Assembly: GCA_039698055.1 (NCBI GenBank)
Contig: JBDKTL010000031.1
Coordinates: 1-62,270, forward strand
DNA: 62,270 nt
Reading direction: 5' to 3'
Origin: Methanoregula sp.
GTDB taxonomy: Archaea > Halobacteriota > Methanomicrobia > Methanomicrobiales > Methanospirillaceae
How positions within the stretch are numbered: position 1 is the stretch's first letter; each line of letters begins with the position of its first letter. The notes beneath the pieces were generated by a model. That model had not been told where the DNA came from. It did no database searches and was given only the letters and a program-made list of their open reading frames with translations. Made by a program: the position numbers and the translations under genes. Shown here in pieces: positions 10,694 to 21,538 of this stretch.

Positions 10694-12661
10694 CTATACC
10701 GGCCGCAGCTTGATGATCTCGTTGTTCTGGTAACGTCTCATCATTTCCTGCGCAATGCTGGAATTTCTTGCGAGGTTGATCTCGCCCTGTTCGTTGACCG
10801 TTGCGGTAAAGAGATATTCCTTGCCGGCAAAGACGTCCACGATTTTACCGCTCTGGTCAGGGGCAACAATCGTGAGTTGTTTTTTGTCGGTCGTGATTTT
10901 TATCCCGCCGCCGGTATCGAAATCCCCCTCGCTTTTTGGCTGCTGCTGCTGGCGTTCGAAATCGGAACTTGGCTTGATATCGATCCCGACACCGATTTTA
11001 TTGACGATGGCTGAGATGTTTTTGCCCCCTTTTCCGATGGCGGCAGGGACATCCTTGTCGTCAATATAGACGACGGCTTTTGTGTCGCTGATCATCTGGA
11101 CTTCCACTGCACCGTCAGTATACCGCCCGATCTCGCGCTGGATCTCTTTTTCCATGAGTTTCCAGCCGGGACGGTCTTCGTTCTCCGGTTTCGGGGTTGC
11201 GTCCTGTATCGCTGACAGGGAGCTGTGGGTGTTATCAAGCGAGGCTACCGGGTGACCGAAGTGCTGGGCCGGTGGAGCCTGCGGGGTTTTTACCGGGGCA
11301 GGAGCCGCCGGTACCGATACCATCGGCATGACAATGGTCTGGCCGTCGTAGCGGAAGATATCGAGCGTGAGTTTTCCGGTCTCGTAATCGGTGACGGTAG
11401 TGACCGGCCGGATGTGCATCTCATTTGCCATGCCTTCGGGGACCTTGATGGTGAACCCGACATCGTAGATCTTTGTCACGACGCCCTGCTCGAGGAAGAC
11501 AATCGTGTTGACAACCTGCGAGAGCACGGAGAAGTCGACACGGTCTGAGAAGCGCTGGATGGCGTCCTGCACGCTGTTTGCGTGGATAACGCCGACCATG
11601 CCGAGACCGGCAAGCCGCATGTCGGAAAAGACACCGAAGTCTTCGCTCTTGCGGAGTTCGTCAAAGATGACAAAGTCCGGGCGGACGAGCAGGAGGATGT
11701 CTGCGGTGGTGGTCATGCTGCCGTCAAGCGTCGTGTACTGGGTAATCTGGTCCGGCACCTGCAATTCCCGGGGTGCCTCCATGGTCTTGACGACAAACCC
11801 GGCATCGGAAAGGAACGTCGCGACGCTCTGGGCGAGCGTGGTCTTTCCCGAGCCGGGGGAACCGGCAATGATGAGCCCCCGTTTTTCAGAGACAATCCTT
11901 TTTTTGATGATGTCGGATTTTGCATAGTTTTCAAGCGTTACGTCCACGATCGGGCGGACGGCGGTGATCTCCATGCCGTCCGAGAATGGCCGGCGTGCGA
12001 TAGCGATACGCATCGAACCGATCTGCACCACCGTGATACCGCGTTTTTCGACTTCGATAAACCCGTCGGGATCGCGTTTTGCCCGTTCAAGAATTTCCTG
12101 CGCAAGGTTGCGAAGCTCGTATTCGCTGACCGGCTGGTCGCGAATTTTGACGAGCTTCATGTCGTTGATCGTGCCTTTCTTTGCCGAGGGGCTGCACCGC
12201 TCTTTTAAGTAGACCGCGATCGTGTGTTCATCAAAGAACTGGTCGATCCCAAGGGGGACAAAGTCGCTGATCTGCGGCTTTAGGTAGATAACGTCCAGTC
12301 CTTTTGCCCGTGCCACTTCTGCCTGCACGTTATCGCTGGTGATAAACCGTGCAGAGTTCTCGATGGCGATGTTTCGGATCATCGCATCGATCTCGCCGCC
12401 GCTTGCCAGTTTTACCTGTTCAAGCGTTGGCCGGATCCCGGAGAATTTGAGTTCTATGGTTTTTTCTTCCGCCATTTTGCAGAGGGACTGCAGCTCGTTC
12501 AAGCCCGAGAAACCAATTTCTCGTCCATTGTTTGCCTGGGCTTCAAGTTCTGCAATGACTGCTTCGGGGACGATTATTGTTGCGCCTTTGTATTCACCGG
12601 CTTTTATCATCGAGGTTATGCGCCCGTCAATAAGGACGCTTGTATCAGGTACCAGTATCAT
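10694..12661 (-). CDS. PIN-domain ATPase with C-terminal KH domain (PINA / PINc-VapC ATPase family)
   Basis: N-terminal PIN (VPDTSVLIDG, ELE, EID, TSD), Walker A GSPGSGKT, Walker B IFDELR, KH motif AIGKGGKNI. Confidence 0.92.
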   Translation of the reverse strand: MILVPDTSVLIDGRITSMIKAGEYKGATIIVPEAVIAELEAQANNGREIGFSGLNELQSLCKMAEEKTIELKFSGIRPTLEQVKLASGGEIDAMIRNIAIENSARFITSDNVQAEVARAKGLDVIYLKPQISDFVPLGIDQFFDEHTIAVYLKERCSPSAKKGTINDMKLVKIRDQPVSEYELRNLAQEILERAKRDPDGFIEVEKRGITVVQIGSMRIAIARRPFSDGMEITAVRPIVDVTLENYAKSDIIKKRIVSEKRGLIIAGSPGSGKTTLAQSVATFLSDAGFVVKTMEAPRELQVPDQITQYTTLDGSMTTTADILLLVRPDFVIFDELRKSEDFGVFSDMRLAGLGMVGVIHANSVQDAIQRFSDRVDFSVLSQVVNTIVFLEQGVVTKIYDVGFTIKVPEGMANEMHIRPVTTVTDYETGKLTLDIFRYDGQTIVMPMVSVPAAPAPVKTPQAPPAQHFGHPVASLDNTHSSLSAIQDATPKPENEDRPGWKLMEKEIQREIGRYTDGAVEVQMISDTKAVVYIDDKDVPAAIGKGGKNISAIVNKIGVGIDIKPSSDFERQQQQPKSEGDFDTGGGIKITTDKKQLTIVAPDQSGKIVDVFAGKEYLFTATVNEQGEINLARNSSIAQEMMRRYQNNEIIKLRPV

Positions 12662-12933
12662 AAAATATTATTCCTCCCTATCGTGTTCTATGGTATAATG
12701 TTGTATACTATTCCTGAATTGCGGGAAACTTTTGCGAGCGTTCGCACGTTTCCCGTTTCACCGGCACTCCGGTAATGCATGCCGTATATACCGGTATTGT
12801 CCAACGACCATAAAGATCGTTGATACGGTAGATATTACCCCGCGGGGTTTATAAGGAGTTCGGGGGGTGGGATGATATTTTGCGAGCTTATTACGACCCC
12901 CCTTTATTCCAATTCAATAAAAAAAATAAGGAA

Positions 12934-14292
12934 TCAGACCGGATTTACTTCAATCCGCTTAATCAAACGACGGACAAAAATATACCCAATAACGGGATCG
13001 CAAATGAATACTATCACGAACTGGATCATCACATTCTCAAAAGTAGCCGCAATGAATCCCATCTTTACCAGAATTACGAACGGGATGATAAGCAGGAAAT
13101 TCGCAATACACCCCAGATAAAAGATATACCTCGTCTGTCCCGTTCCAAAGAATATACTCCGGATAATAGTGCTGACTCCAAAGAGACCGTAGGGAATCAT
13201 CAGCCACCAGAAAGTCATGGATGAAAATCCTACCATCTCGGGATTCTGGTTGAAAAACTCTGAGAGCGGGGTCCACAGGAAAACTCCAAGGATTGAAATA
13301 ACTGCCATAAATCCTATAATGAGAATAAACGACGTCAGGACAACACTTTTCATTTCCTTGATCTTCTTTTCCCCGAAATAGTTCCCGACAACAACACTCG
13401 TTCCTTCTCCCAATGCGAGCACCGGAATTATGAGCGTCCACATCACGGTCATTGCAAGGTTATAACCGCCGTACTGGGCGGTTCCCATTGCATTGAGAAC
13501 CATCAGCGTTCCGACGTATCCGGTATTTCTCACAAGGGAGTCAAGACCGGTCCAGCCCCCAATGGAAAAGAGAGGTTTTACATAATTCCGCCACGGGAGA
13601 AAAAGGTAGGATCTCCAGTTGATCTCAAGAAGGCTGGTGATGAAAACCAGTGAGATTATCATAAGGACAATCTTTGATATCACGTACCCGATTGCGACGC
13701 CGTGAAGCCCGAGATGCAATGAGAAACTAAAATTTGAAATAAGGAGAATATCGAGGAACATATTTACAATTACAGAAATGAGGACAATGTACAACGCCTC
13801 TTTTCCTTTTTGCATCGATTTTATCCCGATGAGCAGGAGGAGGGCTACGGATTCGAATGGTAGTGCAACTGATTTCAGGACAAGGAATGTTGTTGTCTCG
13901 TTCACGATAGAGGCAGGTGTGCCAATTGTTGAAACAAACCATGGCGTAAACCCGATCACAATCGCCATTACAAAAAGAGAAAATGCCACTTGAATGATCA
14001 GACCGGCTTTAAGAATTTCCAGGATTTTTTCGCGGTTTTTGTAATTTTGTGCAACGAGCGCCAGAATCCCAAAGGGGATCATCTCGTTCACAATCTCAAT
14101 AGTTACACCAATGAACTCGTATTGTTCAGAGATTGCCAGAGAATTTAAACTCATTTTTCCGATCCAGAAAACATTAGAAAGATCGTAAAATTTTGGAATG
14201 AGCATCGCTGCAATGATAAAACCAATAAAATGCCATGGATAGACTCGCGCGAGTTCATTCCATTTTTCTTGTGCTTGAGAAATTACGGTCAA
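12934..14292 (-). CDS. MATE family efflux transporter
   Basis: 452 aa with ~12 hydrophobic segments; motifs VNMFLDILLI, LGLHGVAIG, VVGNYFGEK, IFFGTGQT. Visibly more AT-rich than the housekeeping genes. Confidence 0.85.
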   Translation of the reverse strand: MTVISQAQEKWNELARVYPWHFIGFIIAAMLIPKFYDLSNVFWIGKMSLNSLAISEQYEFIGVTIEIVNEMIPFGILALVAQNYKNREKILEILKAGLIIQVAFSLFVMAIVIGFTPWFVSTIGTPASIVNETTTFLVLKSVALPFESVALLLLIGIKSMQKGKEALYIVLISVIVNMFLDILLISNFSFSLHLGLHGVAIGYVISKIVLMIISLVFITSLLEINWRSYLFLPWRNYVKPLFSIGGWTGLDSLVRNTGYVGTLMVLNAMGTAQYGGYNLAMTVMWTLIIPVLALGEGTSVVVGNYFGEKKIKEMKSVVLTSFILIIGFMAVISILGVFLWTPLSEFFNQNPEMVGFSSMTFWWLMIPYGLFGVSTIIRSIFFGTGQTRYIFYLGCIANFLLIIPFVILVKMGFIAATFENVMIQFVIVFICDPVIGYIFVRRLIKRIEVNPV

Positions 14293-14388
14293 TCGCTCAC
14301 CAGCAGTTGTATGTCAACGATTAACTGGGATTAATATTTCAATTTGATTTTGCTTGCATTGTTTGTCGCAGGTACAGGTAGAGAGTAT

Positions 14389-14628
14389 CAAATGTACCCG
14401 CCCGACCCCCTCCCCCCTTCGCTCACAAAATATCCTCATGACACCGGCAATCTGTGACGACAAATTTGTCACAATGAGCAGCCGCTAACGCTGGCAAAAA
14501 AATAAATGTACCTGTGCGACCCCCTCCATCATCGATCATATTTCCATGAAAAATAACGCATTCTTACGATGGCAATTTGTGTGTACACAGGGCCGGAGTT
14601 GTTGGAGGGGGTCGGGCGGGTACATTTG
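14389..14628. mobile_element. MITE-like non-autonomous element (240 bp)
   Basis: Perfect 25-bp inverted ends CAAATGTACCCGCCCGACCCCCTCC (14389-14413) and GGAGGGGGTCGGGCGGGTACATTTG (14604-14628), flanked by TAT on both sides, with a degenerate third copy at 14504-14527. No credible ORF. Confidence 0.6.
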
Positions 14629-14821
14629 TATGTCCAGCCCGTGATATGCCGTCACCCTCTCCTGCCTTCCTGACCCGTGCGGGAATCCACAATCCCGCTG
14701 TTGGCCGATGTCCGGCACCGGTAGGTGAAGGAACAACGCAGGCAGTCTGACGTCGTGCAATAAATGTAGGCTTTTTTGCACCACCAAGAACCTTTTAAAT
14801 GTTTTTTACCAACCAGTATAG

Positions 14822-15214
14822 ATGCCAATGCGATCTGCTGTCACAAAAACCGGATCATGCGTTATTATCTTCATCCTGATCGCGTTCAGCATACTTGCGG
14901 GATGCACATCGCAGCCTTCAGATTCCCCGCCGCCGAAATCGGCGTCGTACCCGGCTGCCACAACGATTGTTATCCAGAACGGGATCATGAATCCCCCGGT
15001 CCTGATGGCAATCCGTGGAACGACAGTAACCTGGATCAATGAGGATGTGCCTTACTGCACCATCAAGTCCGATCCCGGGGTACCTGACTCGTTTACTTCA
15101 CCTATCCTCGTTCCGGTGCATGTCTACCAGTTTACGTTTACATTACCGGGAGAGTATCCCTACCATTGTATGGAGCAGGCAGGAATCCGGGGCACGATTA
15201 TTGTGCACGCCTGA
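14822..15214 (+). CDS. Cupredoxin/plastocyanin-fold lipoprotein with degenerate copper site
   Basis: Lipobox-like LAGC; GTTVTWIN and YQFTFTLPGEYPYHC...GTIIV are plastocyanin-fold signatures. Confidence 0.75.
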   Translation: MPMRSAVTKTGSCVIIFILIAFSILAGCTSQPSDSPPPKSASYPAATTIVIQNGIMNPPVLMAIRGTTVTWINEDVPYCTIKSDPGVPDSFTSPILVPVHVYQFTFTLPGEYPYHCMEQAGIRGTIIVHA

Positions 15215-15426
15215 TCCAGGTTAAATTCCATCAATGAACCCCGGGACTCCGCGAAGAATGCATCGGTAATCGTAACGGCTTCCGGTGCCCCTGCCATTTA
15301 AAAAAAAGAGTGGGAAACCCGATCCTGGTACAACGGCCGATGTGATCCGTGCGTATCCCCGGATGGATTACCGATGAGACAAACGGGTTTTTGTTGATGC
15401 ACTACGCCGTGCCCGACAGGTGCCTG

Positions 15427-15639
15427 TCACTTTTTTTTCAGGGCTGCAAGACCTGAAACAATCACGATCGCCAGCGCCGCAAGGCCGATCCATACCAGGT
15501 TTTCCGCAAGGACGGTCATCGGGAATACCAGGAGGATCAGGAATGCAATGCCGGCCGGGAGCAGGATGCCGATCACGATATGCCGGAAAAACGTGTGCTT
15601 TTTTATTGAACCTTCGTCCTGCTTCATGGAGGTATCCAT
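15427..15639 (-). CDS. Small two-TM membrane protein
   Basis: 70 aa with two hydrophobic helices and a basic C-terminus. Confidence 0.55.
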   Translation of the reverse strand: MDTSMKQDEGSIKKHTFFRHIVIGILLPAGIAFLILLVFPMTVLAENLVWIGLAALAIVIVSGLAALKKK

Positions 15640-15840
15640 AGGTCAGTCCAGTCCTGCCCGTATATCATTCACTGTACATGTGCGCATATGCGCCGGTCAA
15701 ATATATTCTTTCCCGATTTAAAATATAGTCAACTCCGAAAATATATAGGTGTCCGTACCGGTGTCATGGTACACTCCATTTAATCTGATTTTGGATTATA
15801 TGCGGTTAAAAAAGGTGAATGATACGAGATTACTGCCCGG

Positions 15841-16860
15841 CTATTTCCGTCCTGTTTGTTCTGTCTGGACAAGATAATTGATGACATTCTCGGAAATATC
15901 TGCAGCATATTCGCCCGTCCTGCGGACGCTCTCGGCAATATAACTAACCGAGATTGCCACCATCGTCTCCTGCCGAAATGCCATATTGCTGATCTCCTCG
16001 CAGATGCTTTCCAGTGACGAAAGGGATTCGATATTTTTATTGGCTTGTTTTATTTCGCCGTTGAAAAACGAAGCCAGGCTCCGGTCAACGATCTCAAGCG
16101 ACATCGTGCTGGCTTTCCTGAGCGATGCGAGGATATTTTTATCGATCTCCATATCCATGACCGGCTGTGCATTCTCTGCAATCCTGACGGCATGGTCCCC
16201 AATCCGTTCGATAATTCGGCCGATAAGGTGGTAAAAAAGGGCCGTATCCGGTGAAATACCCATCTTGCGGGAGAGGCCGGTATTCTGCATGATCATGTTG
16301 GTCTGTCGTGCGATCAGCCAGTTGAGACGGTCTGAATCCATATCCCGGGTGATAACATCGGCTGCAAGCGTCCGGTTGCGGGTTTCAAGTGAGGTGATGG
16401 CATCTGCATGCATGTTTTTCACAATAACGAGCATACGCCTGAGCGTATTGTCAAACGGCATTTCTGACGGGTTGAGCAGGTCCTTGACCGTAATGAGGAG
16501 GTCAGTCTCTTCTACGACTTCCTGCCCGATCGTCATCTGGGTAAAGTCCCTCACGACCGTGCGGACAAACGGGGGGAAACGGGTCTTTGATGTGATCCTT
16601 ATTACTGTAAAGCCGGTGATATATGCACCAATCAGTATGCGGAACAGGAATGCCGGGTCGGTGATGTGCCCGATATCGATCTCTTTGACCCGCTGGAGCG
16701 GCTCTTCGGTGATCTGTTTTGTTACGATCAGCGTGCCGTCCGGCTGGGCGATAAGGCCCACGGGATCATTTTTCTTGATCCGCATATCCGTGATCCAGTC
16801 TTTTGGGAGCGTCACCACAAAGGACGATCCCCCGGTCAGTTGTACCCTTCGTATTTCCAT
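15841..16860 (-). CDS. Archaeal phosphate uptake regulator (AbrB-like N-terminus + PhoU domains)
   Basis: RRVQLTGGSSFVVTLPKDW (AbrB-type), ERIGDHAVRIAE (PhoU); divergent from pstS. Confidence 0.9.
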   Translation of the reverse strand: MEIRRVQLTGGSSFVVTLPKDWITDMRIKKNDPVGLIAQPDGTLIVTKQITEEPLQRVKEIDIGHITDPAFLFRILIGAYITGFTVIRITSKTRFPPFVRTVVRDFTQMTIGQEVVEETDLLITVKDLLNPSEMPFDNTLRRMLVIVKNMHADAITSLETRNRTLAADVITRDMDSDRLNWLIARQTNMIMQNTGLSRKMGISPDTALFYHLIGRIIERIGDHAVRIAENAQPVMDMEIDKNILASLRKASTMSLEIVDRSLASFFNGEIKQANKNIESLSSLESICEEISNMAFRQETMVAISVSYIAESVRRTGEYAADISENVINYLVQTEQTGRK

Positions 16861-16989
16861 ACCGATTCGCCCTCACCGTATCTCTTAATTTACTATACAA
16901 CTCTAGTTGTCTCTAACAAGTATATATATTGGTATAGTTTATGTCGAAAAAGTGTATATTAACCGGGGGTAATTTTATGTCCGAACATT
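16861..16989. promoter_or_regulatory. Divergent promoter region between the phosphate regulator and pstS
   Basis: AT-rich spacer containing TATATATA (~16921) and the inverted repeat ACAACT-ct-AGTTGT (~16897-16910). Confidence 0.5.
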
Positions 16990-17964
16990 ATGAGCAAACG
17001 AACAACAACTCTCTTCATTACCGCGAGCCTCGCGATGGTGCTCATCATCACGCTGTTCGCGGCTGGTTGTACTGACACATCAAAGAACACTGCAACAACT
17101 CCTGTGCCGACTGCCACGGCCGTCACTACACAGAAAGTAGTGGCCACCAGTACATCTGTACCCGTTGTCGTGACAACACCTGCAGCACCTGCGCAGAAAC
17201 AGAGCATAACCATCAGCGGTTCAACAACGGTTCTCCCCATTGTCCAGAAAGCAGCCGACCAGTATATGGCCTCACACCCGGAAGCTGACATCCAGGTTGC
17301 CGGTGGAGGATCAGGTGTCGGTATCCAGGCAATCGGTGCAAAAACCGTTGACATCGGGATGTCCTCCCGTGAGGTAACCGAGGCTGAGATGGCCAAGTAT
17401 CCCAGCTTTGTAGTCACCACTGTTGCACAGGATGCCATTGCACTTGTCGTCAACCCGTCAAACACGATTCCGTACATCACCCTTGACCAGGCAAAGAATA
17501 TCTACCTTGGCAAGATCACCAAGTGGAACCAGATCACCGGAGCTGATGTTCCCAACACCAACAACCAGATTGTCGTCATCGGACGTGACAGTGCATCAGG
17601 AACCCGCAGTTACTTTGATGAAACCGTCCTGTTAAAAGCAACGCCCACCAACAAGATGCTGGAAAAGAACTCCAACGGTGCTGTTGCCCAGACTGTTGCC
17701 CAGACACCCGGCGCGATTGGTTACGTATCCATCGGGTTTGTTACTCCCGATATCAAGCCACTGCCCATCTGGTATAATTACCAGAAGATCATTACCCCCA
17801 GTATCGCCACGGTAAAAGACAAGACCTACCCGGTATCCCGTTCATTGTATGTCATAACCAATGGCCAGCCAACCGGCCTTACCAAGGGCTTTATCGATTA
17901 TATCCTCAGTCCTGCCGGACAAAAGATTGTTGAAGACGAAGGATACGTCAAAATCACCAGTTAA
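16990..17964 (+). CDS. pstS: Phosphate ABC transporter substrate-binding lipoprotein
   Basis: FAAGC lipobox, Thr-rich linker, SGSTTVLP, GGGSGVG, RDSASGTR, YPVSRSLY. Confidence 0.95.
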   Translation: MSKRTTTLFITASLAMVLIITLFAAGCTDTSKNTATTPVPTATAVTTQKVVATSTSVPVVVTTPAAPAQKQSITISGSTTVLPIVQKAADQYMASHPEADIQVAGGGSGVGIQAIGAKTVDIGMSSREVTEAEMAKYPSFVVTTVAQDAIALVVNPSNTIPYITLDQAKNIYLGKITKWNQITGADVPNTNNQIVVIGRDSASGTRSYFDETVLLKATPTNKMLEKNSNGAVAQTVAQTPGAIGYVSIGFVTPDIKPLPIWYNYQKIITPSIATVKDKTYPVSRSLYVITNGQPTGLTKGFIDYILSPAGQKIVEDEGYVKITS

Positions 17965-18037
17965 TGGGTTTGTAACATAACCTTCCGGGCACATCCCCTT
18001 AATTTTTTTTGTTTTCACGAAAACCGAGGCAACGGGA

Positions 18038-19987
18038 ATGAAATTCTTACCCACAATTACGACAGGTAGATCCACTGGCACTGCCCGTTCTTCATTGCTT
18101 AAAGAGCGATCGATCAAAACGGTCTTCTTCTGCACAGCCTTCTTTGCAGTTATTGTCATCTCGTTTATCCTTCTCTTCCTGCTCCGGGACGGCTACCCGA
18201 TCTTTGAAAAAGTCGGCATATTCGACTTTCTCACCGGATCATCATGGACACCAACAGCGGTTGAACCATCGTATGGCATCTTCCCGCTGATTGTTGGCAC
18301 GCTTGTTGTCACCATCGGTGCAATGTGCTTTGCCGTCCCGCTTTCCATCGGTTGTGCAATCTACATATCTGAACTCGCATCACCCCGGATAAAAAGTATC
18401 CTTAAACCGGCTACCGAATTGCTCGCCGGCATTCCTTCAGTCGTCTATGGTTTCTTTGGGCTTATTGTACTCACGGAATTTATCCGGACAACGTTTTCGA
18501 TTCCTACGGGTGAAACATGGCTTGCCGGCTCGATCCTGCTTGGGATCATGGCGCTTCCTACCATCATCAGCGTGTCTGAGGATGCAATCAGTTCCGTGCC
18601 CTGCGAGTACCGCGAAGGTTCTCTTGCGATTGGAGCTACCCGGTGGCAGACTATCAGTAAAGTGATCGTTCCTGCCGCACTCTCCGGCATTGCAGCGGCG
18701 ACCATTCTTGGAATCGGCCGTGCAATCGGTGAGACCATGGCCGTGCTGATGGTTACCGGTAATGCAGCAATCATTCCCGATCCGATCTGGAACGTACTCT
18801 CACCGATCAGGACCCTCACCGGGACACTGGGCATCGAGATGGGGGAGGTGTCGGTGGGAAGCGATCACTATCATGCCCTTTTTGGTGTTGCTGTCGTGCT
18901 GCTTGTCATCACACTTATCGTGAACATGAGTGCCGTTTGGATCCTGTCAAAACTTCGGGAAGGAAAAACGTCTACTCCGGGAAAAAAACCGTTCATTACT
19001 GCGGCAACTAAAAAATCCCTGTTTACCGGGGGGGTGGTTTTCGTCCTCCTCTGTCTTGCAGTTCTGCTCTTTATTGCCCTGCCCTGGTGGGCTGCAGTAC
19101 TGGTGCTGGCTTTGGGAGCAGCATGGTATTTCGGCAAAGACCGGCTTTCCCCAAGGCAGATCGAAAAGACTGCCTTTGTCCTTGTCGGTGCTGCGGCAGT
19201 AATTGTGATTGTGATTCTCGCTATCATCCTTGAGGACATCATCGTTCACGGCCTGCCTGCAATCACGTGGGAATTCCTGACCCAGCCGCCAAGCGATCTC
19301 GGCAGGGCCGGCGGGATTTTCCCGGCTATCATGGGAACGCTGTACCTTGTCGCCGGTGCAATTGCCATTGCCCTTCCGCTTGGTGTGGGTGCGGCAGTTT
19401 ACCTTGTCGAATACACGCGGGAAAGCAGGATCACCCAGCTGATACGGACGGGCGTCGATCTCCTGAACGGCACACCTTCCATTGTCTTTGGTCTTTTTGC
19501 GTTCTCGTTTATTGTGATATACTTAAACATTGGTGTCTCACTCATTGCCGGGCAGATTACGCTTGCGCTGATGGTGCTGCCAACAGTTATCCGGACAACC
19601 GAGGAATCCTTAAAAAGCATATCCTTTTCCCTGCGGGAAGGAAGCCTTGCACTCGGCGCCACGAAATGGCAGACCATCCGCAACGTTGTCCTGCCTCCGG
19701 CAATCCCGGGAATTTTGACCGGCGCAATCCTTTCCATCGGCCGGGCTGCCGGTGAAACTGCACCGATTATGTTTACCGCAGTGGTTTTTTCATCCCGGTT
19801 CTTACCGACCTCGCTCTTCCAGCCGGTCATGGCGCTGCCGTACCACCTGTATATCCTCGCGACCAACATCCCGGGATCATCGGTGAACAAGTACGGCACG
19901 GCGCTTGTCCTTCTCATCATGGTCGTCGGGTTTTACTCTGTTGCGATCCTGTTACGAAATCATTTCCAGAACAAGGCAAGGGGATAA
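18038..19987 (+). CDS. pstC/pstA: Fused phosphate ABC permease PstC-PstA
   Basis: Two permease units in one frame: [12 protein letters not shown]...RAIGETMAV (PstC) and TPSIVFGLF...RAAGETAP (PstA). Confidence 0.93.
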   Translation: MKFLPTITTGRSTGTARSSLLKERSIKTVFFCTAFFAVIVISFILLFLLRDGYPIFEKVGIFDFLTGSSWTPTAVEPSYGIFPLIVGTLVVTIGAMCFAVPLSIGCAIYISELASPRIKSILKPATELLAGIPSVVYGFFGLIVLTEFIRTTFSIPTGETWLAGSILLGIMALPTIISVSEDAISSVPCEYREGSLAIGATRWQTISKVIVPAALSGIAAATILGIGRAIGETMAVLMVTGNAAIIPDPIWNVLSPIRTLTGTLGIEMGEVSVGSDHYHALFGVAVVLLVITLIVNMSAVWILSKLREGKTSTPGKKPFITAATKKSLFTGGVVFVLLCLAVLLFIALPWWAAVLVLALGAAWYFGKDRLSPRQIEKTAFVLVGAAAVIVIVILAIILEDIIVHGLPAITWEFLTQPPSDLGRAGGIFPAIMGTLYLVAGAIAIALPLGVGAAVYLVEYTRESRITQLIRTGVDLLNGTPSIVFGLFAFSFIVIYLNIGVSLIAGQITLALMVLPTVIRTTEESLKSISFSLREGSLALGATKWQTIRNVVLPPAIPGILTGAILSIGRAAGETAPIMFTAVVFSSRFLPTSLFQPVMALPYHLYILATNIPGSSVNKYGTALVLLIMVVGFYSVAILLRNHFQNKARG

Positions 19988-19988
19988 C

Positions 19989-20750
19989 ATGTCTGAAAAT
20001 ACGATCATTTCAACAAACAACCTGAATCTCTGGTACCAGGAAAAACATGCACTCCAGTCAGTGTCGATAAAGATCCCGAAAAAGCACGTGACTGCTCTTA
20101 TCGGTCCGTCCGGATGCGGCAAATCGACGCTCCTGCGATGTTTCAACCGTATGAACGACCTGGTCGATCATGTCAAGATCACCGGCGAGATACTATTCGA
20201 TGATGAAGATATCCACGCGCCCGGCACCGATGTGGTCAATCTCCGCAAAAAGATCGGGATGGTTTTCCAGAAGCCAAATCCCTTTCCCAAATCCATTTAC
20301 GAGAATGTTGCCTACGGACCCCGGGTGCATGGCATCAGTAATGCGGCTGAACTGGACAAAATCGTCGAACGAAGCCTGCATCACGCAGCTATCTGGGACG
20401 AGGTTAAAGACCGGCTGAACGATTCCGCGCTCGGGCTCTCGGGCGGACAACAGCAGCGGCTCTGCATCGCACGGACGCTTGCTGTCGAACCCGAAGTAAT
20501 CCTGATGGACGAACCCTGCTCCGCCCTCGATCCAATCGCAACCTCAAAAATCGAGAACCTTATCGAGCTGCTCAAGAAAGACTATACGGTTATTATCGTC
20601 ACCCATAATATGCAGCAGGCTGCACGGGTGAGCGACTACACCGGGTTCATGTACCTTGGCAAACTCATCGAGTGCGGGAAAACAGTACAGATCTTCGAAC
20701 ATCCAACAGAAGAACTGACGGAGAATTACATCACCGGCCGGTTCGGATAG
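19989..20750 (+). CDS. pstB: Phosphate ABC transporter ATP-binding protein
   Basis: [47 protein letters not shown]; start ATG 19989. Confidence 0.97.
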   Translation: MSENTIISTNNLNLWYQEKHALQSVSIKIPKKHVTALIGPSGCGKSTLLRCFNRMNDLVDHVKITGEILFDDEDIHAPGTDVVNLRKKIGMVFQKPNPFPKSIYENVAYGPRVHGISNAAELDKIVERSLHHAAIWDEVKDRLNDSALGLSGGQQQRLCIARTLAVEPEVILMDEPCSALDPIATSKIENLIELLKKDYTVIIVTHNMQQAARVSDYTGFMYLGKLIECGKTVQIFEHPTEELTENYITGRFG

Positions 20751-20758
20751 GTGAGGAA

Positions 20759-21409
20759 ATGGTAGAAAAATTCCATACCGAATTAATTAACCTGAAAAAG
20801 GATACGATCGGGATTGCGAATCTTGGGCGTGAAATGCTCCGGACCGCTGTTGACGCTCTTATCCGGCAGGACCGGGAACTGGCTGCGTCGGTCATCGACC
20901 GCAAGGAAGAACTCCGGGTCCTGAATATCCAGATTGAAGAACACTGTTACCAGATGATTGCACTCAACCAGCCCATGGCAAAAGACATGCGGACTATTGC
21001 CTGCACCTTAAAGGTGATCGAGGCTTCCATGCGTATAGGGCGTTACGGAAAATCCATTGCAAATATCGTTAAGGAAATTTCCGACAAACCCCATATCGCA
21101 AACATGATGAGCATACCCCACATGGCCGATCTCGTGATCGATATGGTGGATGATTCCATCGAAGCGTATGCGTCGGAAAATATAAGCTCGGTTGCGGAAT
21201 TTTCAGCACGTGACGATACGATCGATTCATTGCGGCATTCGATCTTCCGGGAAGGGATCACCTACATGATGGAAGATCCAAAGACCATCTCGCGCTGCAC
21301 ACATTACATCATGGTCGCACGGTACCTCGAACGCTGTGCGGATCATGCCTGCAAGATTGCCGAGAACGTTCACTATATGCAGACCGGCGAACGGCTTGAA
21401 ATTCACTAG
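20759..21409 (+). CDS. phoU: Phosphate signalling protein PhoU
   Basis: QPMAKDMR and RYLERCADHACKIAE; GGTGAGG RBS before ATG 20759. Confidence 0.93.
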   Translation: MVEKFHTELINLKKDTIGIANLGREMLRTAVDALIRQDRELAASVIDRKEELRVLNIQIEEHCYQMIALNQPMAKDMRTIACTLKVIEASMRIGRYGKSIANIVKEISDKPHIANMMSIPHMADLVIDMVDDSIEAYASENISSVAEFSARDDTIDSLRHSIFREGITYMMEDPKTISRCTHYIMVARYLERCADHACKIAENVHYMQTGERLEIH

Positions 21410-21538
21410 AAACCCATGGACAGGAAAATCCCGATCGAACTGGAGACCGGAAGGATTGCCTGCCATGATCCTGTTTTTCGGCCGGTAATGACCCTGCCCG
21501 GTGACAACGCTCATATTCAGGAACGGCGTCCATTGTGT

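Noticed and set aside
10694-12661. VapC toxin of a toxin-antitoxin pair
   Set aside because: The PIN domain is fused to an ATPase and KH domain, the conserved archaeal housekeeping architecture, and no antitoxin is adjacent.
14389-14628. CRISPR mini-array
   Set aside because: Only three copies occur, one of them inverted, with spacing far longer than CRISPR spacers. There are no cas genes.
14641-14760. Cobalamin riboswitch on the minus strand
   Set aside because: The resemblance is only loose (GGTGC...AACAG...TCCCGCACGG). The GGGAA core and B12 box are missing and there is no adjacent B12 gene.
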